Source of the DNA: Marsupella aquatica | Lineage: Eukaryota > Plantae > Marchantiophyta | Direction of reading: 5' to 3' | Length of the DNA: 64,000 bases | Assembly (NCBI GenBank): GCA_973895155.1 | Contig: OZ316894.1 | Span: 23,434,709 to 23,498,708 of the forward strand | In this document: piece by piece, positions 38,181 to 51,000 of the stretch | Layout: each line of letters begins with the position of its first letter | Numbering within the stretch: the first letter of the stretch is position 1 | Made by a program: the position numbers and the translations under genes | The notes under the pieces: model-generated | The model's input: only the letters and a program-made list of their open reading frames with translations | Told to the model about the DNA's origin: nothing | Database searches by the model: none

Positions 38181-39132
38181 CTAAACATGGTGGATCCAGG
38201 ATTTGCCATGGACAGTGGCGCTCTAAGTGGTATACATGGAGGGGGTCTGTCACAAAGGCTGAACTCAATTACACAACTACTAGTTGTTTAAAAAAATTGA
38301 TTACTCTAAGAATCAAAACCAAATTTGAGATATGCCCAATGTCTTTTTCCATTGTTGAAAACCAAGAGTTACTTGGAATTGAATTGAAGAGAGTGGTGCA
38401 TCATGGAAGAAGAATACCTCTGTCTCCAATCAGTGACTGGTTATTTGCATCACTATGCGTGTCAAGTCACTCTCTAGCAATGTGTTAATTTGTGGTTAAC
38501 ATGCTTTTGCGCCAAATTGGCTAATTTGAGAGTGACCTCACCCCCGGAAAAAACAAAAGTTTTTATCCCAGGCACTTTAGTCTCTTAAGTTTAGTATTCT
38601 AAGACCATCAAGCAGTGTACTGATTCTCTTCATGACCATATAAATAATTAGCAAGTAAGTATGCCAAAGATGATGCCCTCATGGATTACCTTCTTGAAGG
38701 TACTGTACCCAAACTGCTCATGACTATGCAAATCTAATACATGGTTGCATGATTTTGGCCACCCTGGAACAATAGAGTGAAGTTGAACCCAATTTCTACA
38801 AAAGCCACCTCTGAGTTTATATTATTAGCGGGAACCTAGGCTCCCTCACGATTTCCTACCCTAAAAAGGGTTATTAATTTACTTGCACAAAATCCTCAAG
38901 CTAGAAGTTACAATTTGAACCCTTACTAGACTTCAGGGTTCTGTGCTGGTAGTTTTGACAACTTGAGGCTCGACTCAAATGATGTAGAGATGAATTTTTT
39001 TTGGTCCTCCCTCATGAACCTTAGTGGCAGGCTTAGTTGGGTCCCTGCTATTGAGCTCATTATTTGCAAAGGCAAATAAAGGACAAAATAGTTATTGTCA
39101 AGAATGGTGCACCTTCATGTAGCAACATCAAA

Positions 39133-39226
39133 TCCTGATGTACTCCTGTATGTCTTGGCCAAAGAAGTAGGATTTAGTGTCCTGATGTACTCCTGTATGT
39201 ATTGGGCAAAGAAGTAGGATTTAGTG
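39133..39226. repeat. 47-bp tandem duplication
   Basis: TCCTGATGTACTCCTGTATGT..TGG.CAAAGAAGTAGGATTTAGTG x2. Confidence 0.95.
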
Positions 39227-40964
39227 TGGATGAAACGTGGACAGATGCTTTAGTATTTGACATTAATCACACACATGTACTTTAGCTCCACACAGCTAAG
39301 GTATAGGTTAGAGCTTTAGCTAGATAGACATGATACAATAGAAGGTTAACCAATCTTCTTGTTAAATCTTCTACCAATTTCTCAATCTTATATATTTCAA
39401 TTCTAACTCATGTTATTGCAAGTATCATGCACATTATGTGACATCAACAAATATATACCTTGTATTTGTTATGGTTTTTCCAAATTAAACAAACTAAATC
39501 ATGAATCATGATGTTCACCTTTTAGATCTTATAATTTTCCCACAAAAAAGAATGAGATTTGGTGTGCTCTCTTACAGGAATAAAGATAATTTCTCTATCA
39601 ATTCACAACAGAACTCTGAGAATAATTTATCATTAGAAATGTATATCCAACTTGCTATTACACAAGAGATGGATTAAGAAGTTTACACATTTGCATATCA
39701 AATCATGCTAGTTTTAAAGATTTTAGAAAATACTAAGTCAAGATTGAGACACCTCAACTTCTTGGCCTAACCCCTAAATCCAGCCACACTAATCCATTTC
39801 CAACAAGACATCCCATTGGTGACATAAGGGAATATATTTTATACCTACTCTTAATTTCCAGTTCATCATATTGTGAGAAACCCCCCCCCCCCACCCACGC
39901 TAAACCCTCTTTGATCACGGGCCCGGTTAATGTCACACCTAATCTATGTTAATCTTGTACTTACCTAAGTAATGAAAAGCACACCTAACCCAAATCTTAT
40001 ATAATCTTGCCCTTAATTACTTAGTTAATGTCACACTTATGTTAATTTTGTAACTACTCTAATCAAAAACACACCTAACTCTGAAAATCTTATACAAAAG
40101 CACACCTCATTAAAAGAAATATCCATTTAATTATTTTTTCTCATATTTAGTCCATCAAAGATGCCTTGAATGACTATTTTCAGAGAATAACAAATAATCT
40201 TGTTAAAAGGTGCCGTCCGGCAGTGCCGACTCGTTTTCCCAAGGAAGAAATAAAAAGGATTCAGTAACATTCTCTAGAAAGAAACAAAAAATGAAATGCT
40301 CCCCTTCATCTCGTTTTGTCCCATGCTGTAGTACATGGGAATACATTGAGGAAAAGAAAAGTACTTCGGGGAATAAGTAATCCCGACAATAAGTGGGGCC
40401 TAGTTACAACAAGACAAAATATGGCCCAGGCCAAAGTATTATAGACCCAAGTGTTGGGAGGAAAGTATTTTCTGACAAATACATCCTGGGGCCTTTTTTG
40501 GACCTCATCACAACTATAGAGAAAAACAAAAGCCCGAATGGATGAGAAACTGTCCCTACCCATCCCCATGGGCTGCATAACTTTAGGGATCATCACTTTT
40601 ACACAAAAAAGAAAAAGGAACCCGTGGCGGATTGCAGTTGATTACTTTGGCCACCTTGGGGGAGAATGTAGTCAAGATATCATGGTGATCCTGAGTAATG
40701 GCATAACATCTAAGTCACATCTTTCATGTTCAAGGTCATCAAGTCATCAAGGTACTGGGAAAACCTGTTTGGTAATGTAATTGAAACCGGATGCAAACTG
40801 TAAGAACCGTTTATAGGTCACATTTCAATCAAAAGTGTAAACAGTGTTTTCTAAGTCAATTGAAATGTTCTTAGCAAGTGCATTCAAGCTTCATAGACAA
40901 ACTGGTCCGGAGGTCCATCCTGGGCTTTAGTTTCCAACTACTGGACAATGTTCAGCCAATTATA

Positions 40965-42040
40965 TTTTGGGATTTATTTATTTATTAGGCTGTCACTCTT
41001 TTTTTTGTTTGCATGATACATACTTTGCTACTGTCTTTTCTTCCTTCTATATATCATAATGCATACATACCTTGCTACTATTTTTTTTCCCTATTTATCA
41101 TAATGTAAATATTCATTTGTGGGTTAAGAAAATTAAGCTGGGTTAGCTCCCTCACTTCCAATGGCTCTCATTAAACCTAGTTCCATGATCAGATGGCTCT
41201 GGTCTCCCCCAAGGTAACTTTGACCACCCTTAGTAGGACAGAGACAGAGTTGTGCACAAGGACAGGTTGGCCTTGGACAAATGCTGGGTGTAGGATGGGA
41301 GGACAAGACCGTTCAAGCCACCCCTCAGTCAAGTAACCCAGGGGTACTAGTCAAAGTCACCTTGAGGGGGACTCTGGCTGTCTGATCAAGAAACTGTATG
41401 CAATGACAACCATTGGATGTAAAAAAACTAGATTGGATTTTCCAGATTGTCACTCTTTTATGGCATAATACATACCTTGCCATTTATTTTTATTTATTTA
41501 TCACAATGTCATTGTTTTGGTTTGTGACTTAAGGAAACTAACCCGGGTTAGCTCCTTCACATTCAATGCTTGTCATGTCGCCCAATCTTGCGATTGGACC
41601 ACCTGGGTCTCTCTCAAGGTGACTTTGAGCACCCTTAGACAGTTGACTGATGAGGGTTGGGTAGTTTGGTCCTGCCATCCTACACATAGGCTCTGTCCAG
41701 GGCCAACCTGTCTTTGCACACAACCTCTGCCTCTGTCCTGCTGAGGGTGATCAAAGTGACATTTGAGGGAGATGGGAGCCATGCAATCGCAGAACTAGGT
41801 GCAATAGAGGGTGCCAGCCAATGACAGCCATTGGATGTGAAGGAGCTAGCCCAGGTTAGTTTTCTTAGCCCATAAATGAAAAAAGGGAATTGTGATTAAT
41901 AGAAGAAATTCAGTGACTAGGTATATATTATGCAAAAAATTGGCAACCTAGTCAATCCCAGAATTTTTCTAATGGTATGGTGATAAATAGAAAAAAATGT
42001 GGTGCAATGTACTAGCCAAAAACGAGTGGCAATCTAGTGA
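40965..42040. mobile_element. Two adjacent, oppositely oriented copies of a long-TIR MITE forming a ~1 kb fold-back
   Basis: Core AGGACAGAGACAGAGTTGTGCACAAGGACAGGTTGGCCTTGGACA (~41235) is the near reverse complement of TGTCCAGGGCCAACCTGTCTTTGCACACAACCTCTGCCTCTGTCCT (~41695). GGGTTAGCTCC..CAC.TCCAATG and CATTGGATGTGAAGGAGCTAGCCC termini occur on both copies. Confidence 0.8.
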
Positions 42041-43891
42041 TGTTGAGCATAAATAGTAGCTGGTGTGTTGTACAATATTGCCAGTAGGTAATAAATGATT
42101 TTGAGCATATATATCTTATTATAAAAACGCCAATTAAAGTCTACTTTGGAGGGCCTAGGTATAGGAGTGAAGTATCTAGATAGTAACTCCCAATACAGAC
42201 AAAATTGATGATGAGGTTCATTAAGAGCAAAATTTTAAATGAGTAAGAAGAAGTGTTCCGTTTTGTACATGTGGTCCTTGGTCTAGTCCTAACCAAGGTA
42301 AGTCTAAATCATGGTTAGACTACTAATCTAAGCATGAGATATTATAACAGTTTGTGATTTTTTATTTTTAGTATTTGGAGGAATACTTGTGAATTAGTGT
42401 GGAATGTATTTCAATCCAGTTTTGAGAATTATGAGAATCATAAGGGTTTCAAAACATCTTCCTGGAATCTTCCAGAAATTTAGGGGTAGAAAATACTGAA
42501 ACTGGCTTTAATTAAAACAAAAAGCCTCAGTTTTTTTATTTAGTGCAGAATCTGCTAAAGTTTTGCCAGTGAAACAAATTTTGGTTTGGTTACCACAATG
42601 AGTAAGTGCCCAGTTTACTTGAAGTAGCACTCTTTGGTGCGCACCATTTTCCATATCATGACCACCTTCTTTGAAACTATCGTTGGTGAAAATTTCACTA
42701 ATCTGCATATCCATTGCTTTTAGATTAGAAACTACTTAGAGCTCTTACTGGCACATGAATTATTCTTGGACTATGGTATTGCGAAGTAGATGTCCAGATG
42801 GATTTTCTTCTGATTCTGGTATTGAAGATCGGTCCCCACTTTTGGTTAATGTGGGCCTATCCTTCCTTAGGAAAGGTGAAAAATCTCCATAATTAGATAG
42901 TTTGAAAGTTTGACTCTGACTTGCGAAATTCGGATACCCTACAATTCTGAAGTCTCGTGCTTGGTTGACGTCGTGCTTCACCGCCATCATGAAGCAGGCT
43001 GTAAGCGAATCTACTTTGCCAGACATAGATCGAGTTGTGAAGGAAAAAACGTACCGGGATTGGACTTCTCTGAGCAATTCAATGTTAGATTAATTTAGAG
43101 CTAATTACGGAAAAATGTGTGCGGAGAAATTCAGGTTGTTTCCTGAACGTACTGTCGATCAGAGAATCGCGCTCACTGCCTGAATTTTACATTTAGCGGA
43201 TGAAAATTTGACTGTTAGTAGTCCTTGACCGAATTTGCTGCAGACGGAGTCTTCAGGTGTGGTGAGTCACAGATTTAGTGAATCTGAATATTAGATCTCC
43301 GCCTCAACTAAACTTAGAACTGTGAATCAGATAAACAAAAAGATGATTGCAGAGTACACCCGTGACCTGAGTTCAGATAGTAATTTGGGTTGCTGAAAAC
43401 TGTGGGAGGCTGAAAGCTTCAATTCCTCACATTCCAGTGGACGGAGTACTCCAAATGATGCATGTTGACTCCTACAGAAACACGCTGAGCCGATACTTTT
43501 GACTTTTATTTTACTTTACGTGAGTCTCAATCATCTGAGGCTAGGGAATTACTTTCGTACCAAGAGGATCCAAGAATTTGTCCACCTAACTGGGGACTGT
43601 TTGTTTCTAGATGGATTTCGGCCATGCAGCTAGAGATCTCAATGCTTAACTCTAGCTCGAGAGTTTATCTCAAAGGAAAATTGCAATTGATGCACCAGTC
43701 TGATAGTTGAACACTAAAAGTAACGTGTAGTGACAGATCTGCATGATAAGTCCAGCACCCCCACCAGCCAGCCAGCTAGATAACTTTGGCCACCTGCTTG
43801 ATGAAATCATCCAAAGGAGGTACTAGCTAATACTGATCCACATTGTGAATGTGACCTGGCCAATGTTGAAACAGCTTGGCCTGCAGATTTA

Positions 43892-45090
43892 CTAGAGCAG
43901 AAGAGATGCAAAAGCACAGACAATCGCTCCAAAAATCACAGCGGGCCCTGATCTGTGACTCGGGGATCCACTTTTACTTGTTGTCGTTGACGGTATTGAG
44001 ACAGAAGGACCGGCTGTCGCATTGACAGACGGAGCGAGAGGTGAGAGGGCAGGAGCTGCCGTCGGCGATGGGGCAGGAGCACTACCAGGAGAAGCGGCAG
44101 TCACCACAAGCGTCATCTTCATGTTGGACGCACAATGTCCTACAATGCCGCAGATGTAGTAGTGAGTGCCCGGTGTCGTGAGTGTGATCGTTGCACCGCC
44201 CAGGGTGCTGTATATCTTTAGAGGAGCGCCCAAATTGCAGCTGGCCAAATCCGCCGAGCTCACTTCGAAGACGTTGTGGTCCGATCCAGAATACACGAAG
44301 TCTGCATCACGGTCGATCCACGAGGTAAATACGAATTCCTATCAGATCGATCCAGCGCTGTGATCGATAACACAATGAATATATTATGACTAAACTCACA
44401 GACCTAATGAATTACTTTACATAATTTGAGGGCCGCCCAAACTGTTGCTAGACTAAATTGTCTCCGGTTGAGTTCGGAATCACTCTCTCAGCTCAACGAC
44501 ATTTGGGCTTGTGCTTGTCTGACTCATCATGCGTTGATTTACCTTGCGGGTGTCAAGACTCAGAACACAGCACTCGAGCTAGCCAGTGTATGATAGACAA
44601 TCTCAGACAAATGCACAAATATAGCAACGAAATAAAAGAGAAGTAGCTACCAAGGATTGAAACCGCAGCTCTCGTTAAAGAATGAACTCACGATACAAAA
44701 ACCGTCAACTGAAAATGTTCTTAACCCACAAATCTGACTAGAAAGGATGAATGGTAGGCTAAGCAACAGCTCTGAGAGCATTTCTCAAATCTGTTTGTGA
44801 GTACGTGGGCTACAATGGTTGCAGCAAACGTCAGAGCTACTGCAGCTTGCTTCGTTTGTAATTAAGATGGCAGTCCGTATAATATAAGACTAGCTTAATT
44901 ACATACCAAGTACGTCGCCCTTTTTGAAAGTAAGCGCTTTGGCCCAATCATCGTAAAATGTTGGTCCAATTCCAAGGACCCAGCCAGTGGTGCCTCCCAC
45001 TTTATATGTCGTAGAAGCTCTTGCACTTTGTGCCAGCCCAGCGATCATCAGCAGAGCGATCAGTGCACTCTTTCCAAATCCCATCGTCAT
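43892..45090 (-). CDS. Phytocyanin (blue copper, uclacyanin-like): signal peptide, AGP-like Pro/Ala/Ser linker, putative GPI signal; 2 exons
   Basis: Exon 45090-44907 (MTMGFGKSALIALLMIAG..YKVGGTTGW..YDDWAKALTFKKGDVL) and exon 44301-43892 (FVYSGSDHNV..SC..HYYICGIVGHCASNMK; ligands His, Cys, His, Met). Hydrophobic C-terminus. Confidence 0.95.
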
Positions 45091-45899
45091 CGAATCACGA
45101 GTTCTGAGATACTGCACTTTCTCTTCCCTGGCTTTCCCTGGCTGATTCGTTCACCAGCTAACAGACAAAGCAGTGCAAATATCTCTAGACCGACGTGCTC
45201 AATCGTCTGATCTTATCTCGCTCCTCCTCCACCTTCCTTCTCTTCGTTGAGCTTTGTGAATCAATGTCTTAGACTGAGCAGACTACGATTCTATATATGG
45301 ATCACAATCCACTAGAAGGCGAAATTCCTCTCTAGGGCGCACGTTGCGTCTGTCGTTGGGTACAACTTGAGACTATATCTTAGGCTCTGCAGGGAAATCC
45401 GGAATTTGATTGCAGCATCGATCTGTTTAGTCCGCCGACCGGATGTCCGGCGCTGAGTTTGGCGTAGGACGGGATCGATGGGTGTGTGGACTCAAGGCTG
45501 AGCCTATGGACATTGTATGATTGCCGGGCTGCGCTTGATAGCATGATACGCTATAGTCATCTCGCATGTCTTTTGGATTATTTCTCACGAGCGTGAGCAA
45601 TACCAGCGCTACGTGAGGGCTCTCTTCAGCACGTCTCCAATTCTTGTCTTCCAGCAAAGGTCGACCTGTCTTGTGGGGTCCAACTTCTCCATGATCGTGC
45701 GGTATCAACAGTCGTGAGTGCTGTACTCAGTAGCGTTTGAAGAACTTCGGGAAATTTTGATCCCCTGTCAATATGTCCAGCGAAGATAAATTATTATGCT
45801 CTCAATAGAGATTTTCTAGCAGTGGATTCCAGACTTACAGTAGTCGATCACCATGGGTGAACTAGTTTCATCTCCACACCAGTGCTATTTCTCCATGAT

Positions 45900-48800
45900 C
45901 ATTCTGTTCTTTCGCACAACGGTTTAACTACAGTGCTGCATGTACAGTTTGAGTTTATTTCAGGCTCCATTTGTTAGAATTGTAAGCATTTTCTCAAGTC
46001 AGTGATAATTATTCCCGGCTACATAAAGAGCAAGGTCGATGCTCCTCTCGATTATGATTGTGTTGAAGAGATCGCTGCAGACTTGCCGCGAATGAGGGTG
46101 TTTAAATAACACTAAAAATCAGGAGTACCTCGACCAAGGTGCCACCCCCACAAAGGGGAAATTGTCAAAATCCAGAACTAGAAGCCCTACAATCTTCAAT
46201 TTAGAGAACTCTGCAAAGGTTTGATCTGATCGCTTATATAGGATTCACCAGGCAGCACATTGGGATGCACCAATGATTGTATTCCAATGCTTGCCACAAT
46301 TCAATTATGCACTTGCTACATATATGTGCGGTGTATAATTCTAGCTGTGATGGAACATCCGAGCTGTTCTCTCTGAGACAATGTTACATAAGATGAAGAG
46401 ACGTATGGGTACTCATATAACCCTAAACATCATGTCATGAGCGACATATGGGTACTATATCCTATAGTACCTCCGCATTGACCACACTGCAACACTACAA
46501 CAGTAATAAATATCAATCTAGGTGGGTCCGTCGATATCTCTGGTCACTGATACCATGGCATTTGTAAAGAAACATGCATTGATATCGAGAAGCTTACCAC
46601 AGGATTTTACACCAACAATTGCCACTACTTGAGCTTTGTTCGGTGTTAAGAACTGATAGGTGATGAGTTCATTCTCTAAGATAGGGATCCATGGGATTTT
46701 CACATTTTCACATGTGATTAAGATTTGTGGCTGACAACTGAGATAGGATCGCAGAGTCAACGCAATTGTGGATTTACCTACTGTAGTTCTGGAAATGAGA
46801 TTTATGGGCGTCGAGCACCGGATGTGAGTCAAGATTGAATATGGTTAGCTTGGCCATTGACTGAGATCACATTTACATCCATATACCTTTCAAATCATCC
46901 TCGGAAACATCGCACGAAGATTCATACAGACGTGGACGTAGAAATACCACAGGTCTCACGTTCTCCAGGGCCTGACTGGTAATCCTTGAGCTGACCTTGC
47001 GGGCCTGTCCCACCGCAAGAGGCTCGATGATAATGAAGACATGTTCGTACGTACGGATCGTGAAAGCCTCATGGATATACAGTAAGCTCCTTCCCCGCAG
47101 GGCCTGCGCAACTATTGGATAGAGAATGATGTTGAGTTGTGTGAACAGTCATGCGTGATCGAGCATGGGATATTTTCAGTAGCTAGGTTCCGTGCCGATG
47201 GGACAATTTCAGGCGGATCATGAGTCAAATGTCTTCACAGAGAGACACAATTTTTCTGGAAGAGCTAGCTCTAACCCGCGTTGCTCAGGATTAATTTGTC
47301 ACAACAGATAAATAGCATTCAGAGTGGTCAGTACTGTGACAGACCCTTTTGGGGAGCAAAATCATCCCAAATTTCTAATTCTACTGGGAGACAGTAAGCC
47401 TTCCAAATGATGAGATCATAATCATGGCGAGATCATGCCAAACTGTTGAAAGGTCCGAGAGGCTTAACTTAATTAGATCGAGCATGGCGTTGAAGCTGTT
47501 CACCTCGAAGTAGTAGCTGGTGTTCTATTCACCAGGTTCTCCTTCTTTCTAGCTGACAAAATGCTTGATCTTATGTAACAGCTGTATGTAGAACGCAAGT
47601 TCTGGCGATTTCTTCCGGGGGGTCTTGTTCCAACGTCTCAGCGTCTACGTGTGGCTTGGTTCGTGTTCTCATGATCTAAAAAACATGCTTGAGCTTGAAC
47701 AACCTTGATATAATATTGGGGAAATAGATGGAGTACTAGCTTCTTGAAGGGGCACATTGTAGATTTCTTGAAACCAACGATAAACCTACTCAGTCTGCTT
47801 TCCTGTTGCAAAATCAATCTCCTCCCGCGTCTCTTGAACTATGTAGACCTCTTCGCAGTACGTCCAACGTCAGAACCATCATTTTACAACATACAACAGG
47901 GAACCTACTTTCTTGATTGATAAATCACATATCCTGAAAGTAGGGTTTTAGCAGTTCGGTCGCCACTCAAAGGCTGAGTTTCACTGAACTTCACAATGCA
48001 GGAAGCACTTGGATGTCAGCGACGAGATACCCACGATCCGGTAATTTCGAGGGCTCTTTCAATTTCCCAATCGTACGTACATCCTCGGAGCTCACTTTCA
48101 GCTCAAAAGTGTTGGGTTAATTGTTTGTTGATATAGTTTCATGACTTAATTTCTAGACATAGTTACAGACCGTCTCTAGGTTTACATTGGATGAGTACGC
48201 ACTTACAGGTACTGTCGTTCGAAATACCAGTGGTTCCAGAGAAACTGCACCGTCCAACGCAAGGTTATTCTTTTGGCGATACGCACAGAAACGACAATCC
48301 GCACTTTGCTCGAAGCTCGTTAGTGTATCACCCAAACAGAGGATTCAACATCGGAAATTAGATCCACACGACGAGCTAGACAGTACTCGTCTAGATCTCA
48401 TTGCATTGGCATCCTGGACAATTCAGCTGCATGGCCAAGGCTCTGCCAAAACGATCCTGTTACCTTATTCCATGAGCAGTTTTTCCCTCTCTGTTGATCT
48501 CGATTCGACTCTACAAGAAATGTAGATCTTGCCACTAAAACCATGCTAAGCTATATCTATGTGCCCATTGACTTGTTGAAAGCTTAGAACAAAATAACAT
48601 GTAGTAAAGCAGTGGCCAATCCGGGTGTGTGTACAAGCAGTTCAAGCTTTGAGATGCATTCGCTTTCTGAGTACGTTACACAAGATCGCAGTGAAGCTGG
48701 TTGAGACAGTACAATTTAATTGAACATCCAGTTCAACCCATCCCACTGAATTAATGCTTGCCCAAGACCGTCCAAGAAAAACCAGCTTCAATGCATCGAT

Positions 48801-51000
48801 TTTCGTAGACAAAGCTGCTGAGAAGCATAGGTTTATCCCATCGGTGTCGAGATTGGTATGTGTAGCTCTTTCCTTGTTTCCCACTACCAGCAATTGCTAC
48901 GATCTCAGCTCTGATATAACAATTCACACTCTGCTTGCTCGTTGAATCCAGCAGGTTTTAGATCAAACTGTCACAACCTGAATTCGAGTCACTGAATTGA
49001 GTGACACTTCAAAAATTAATTGATCTTCAAATTGGAACAAAACTACTGTCAGTGCATCTAAAACGGTTTTGATCCGTCATGCCTCGAAATGCTGAGACAA
49101 AATTAAGGCTACGGTGAAGTTTTCAGGTTAAGGCTGTGGTAAAGTTCTCAGGTACTGTATGAAGACGCCGTCTTTAGGTACAGAGCCGTGTTTTGCTTCA
49201 GTCGGTCTGAACTCCCAGAGATCTTTTGCTTTAGGATTCTGAAAAGACTTGCTAGGTTGGCAGTGCAACTTGACTCATTAGATATTAAGTATGAACATGA
49301 TAGATTCCTAAATCGTCTGATGTGATCGGCGTGAGAGACAAATAGCAAACACTCCAAATGGCAATCAATTTAAGAAAGACATTTGACGAATCCCACCCGA
49401 ACCTCCCGAGGTCAAGGACTGCTCTTCATTGAAGCGCTGAGGAGGTATGACAGTTCAAACTTGATCTAATCTCGAATTTGCGAAGCGTGGTTTCAGTCTG
49501 TACTTCAGTGCAGCTGTTATCAGTTCTTCAAGCATCTCATGCGAGACTTGTTAATATTTCAACAATCTCAAGTGCGGACTGCTCGATTGTCATCTAACCA
49601 ATGTCCAATGTGTTTCACAAGTTTCTTAAAAGCAATAACGACAACACGATGGATCCTATCAGTCCAGTCAGCGATTTCATAAGAAATCTGGAGAGAAAAT
49701 CTTGTGATCACCGGTGATTTGGCCACTCTGGCAAAGACTAAGCGAACAGATAGTGCTGGAGACCAATATCTAGGGATATACATAATTAACCTAACATAAA
49801 ACATGTACTTCGATATAACATCTGCATATGCACAATCAATGTATCCCATCTGCATCCATGCGCGAGCACCTTGCCCAACAAATTCAATAGAAACCGCTCT
49901 TCATGGCCCTAAACTAGAAAGTCACAGAGCCAGCGTTTCAGCTCCAAGGACAGGATGTCAGCACTAGCAAAAGATCGTCAATACGTGCTGTAACCATGAC
50001 GCTTGCCAATCGCTGGTCACTTAAATTGTTTCATCAATATCCACCGATGGCTAGTCCGACCTGGGTTTTCTCTATTGGGAGAGATAATTAGTGACTGTAA
50101 TTGAGATGGAGAGTGGATGGGATACACTTGAGGATACACAATTGTAGTTTTCCTGGTGGAAAGGAGAACCACTTCCTGTCAAGCTACATCCATTGCAGAA
50201 TATTAAATTTTATCACGACCTGAAATGTACGAGCTGCTGCAATGACAGGAGCAGGACCTTCTCTGAATCTGGCATTCCCACAATTTTCAGAAAACTAGTA
50301 AATTCCAATTCGAGAATCATGCCTAAGATTTCCAGTTTGAACGGCGACTGCCCAAATCGCTTGGGCAAGTACAGGAATATACTAACCAAAGAAGCTTAAA
50401 CATGTACAAAATAGTGAGTACAAACAGACTTTCTCATTAAATTATCGACAATTTCTATCAAAATACCTGTTCTCCTGGGACATCCGGACCAAAGTCATAC
50501 ACCACCAAGGTTGGCAAATAAAATTTACCAGTTCAGTGGAACCATGCTGCGAAGGAAGCTCCCACTGGAGCTTACTTAAATCTTTACAGGTCGGCATCAG
50601 TAGTGCAGACACTAAACCTTAGCGTTACAAATGATGATTCTAAGGTTCGAGATGCTTGATTTTTTGGCAAGCTTTCACAGCTCTCGATCTCAAAAGCAAT
50701 TTGAGCCCTGAGAAACTAGATTTCAGAAATCATCAGCTTCATTACCCTGAGTTGTGATGGAGAGTGAGTGCCTCTAACTTCTTAAGCAGCATTTAATTAG
50801 TTCTCGCTTGGAGATATGTCTGCCTGATAGGGATTGCTGTTGGATACCTTCTTATCTGGCTTGGGAACATTGATACGATCAAGGTCAGAGGAAAAAACAC
50901 ATCCTGGACCCACGATGCCACAGTTTCTTTACTCAGCCGAAATGAACCATGATGCCCATTAGATTAAGGCACTAACATTCATCTCAATTTGAGTTCTAGC
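45900..51000 (-). pseudogene. Heavily decayed large coding relic with GB1/RHD3-type (VLIG/GVIN-like) GTPase motifs
   Basis: YLSCQPQILITCENVKIPW..KAQVVAIVGVKSCG|gtaagc (G1-like, ~46598-46630), then FAEFSKLKIVGLLVLDFD (G3-like, ~46164-46184), then IDLALYVAGNNYH*LEKMLTILTNGA*NKLK (~45950-46040). Long stop-interrupted protein-like frames continue upstream to ~51000. Motifs are degenerate and the boundaries approximate. Confidence 0.45.

Noticed and set aside
38300-40940. Stop-interrupted protein-like frames (possible viral or TE fossil)
   Set aside because: No identifiable motif, and not distinguishable from chance without a search.
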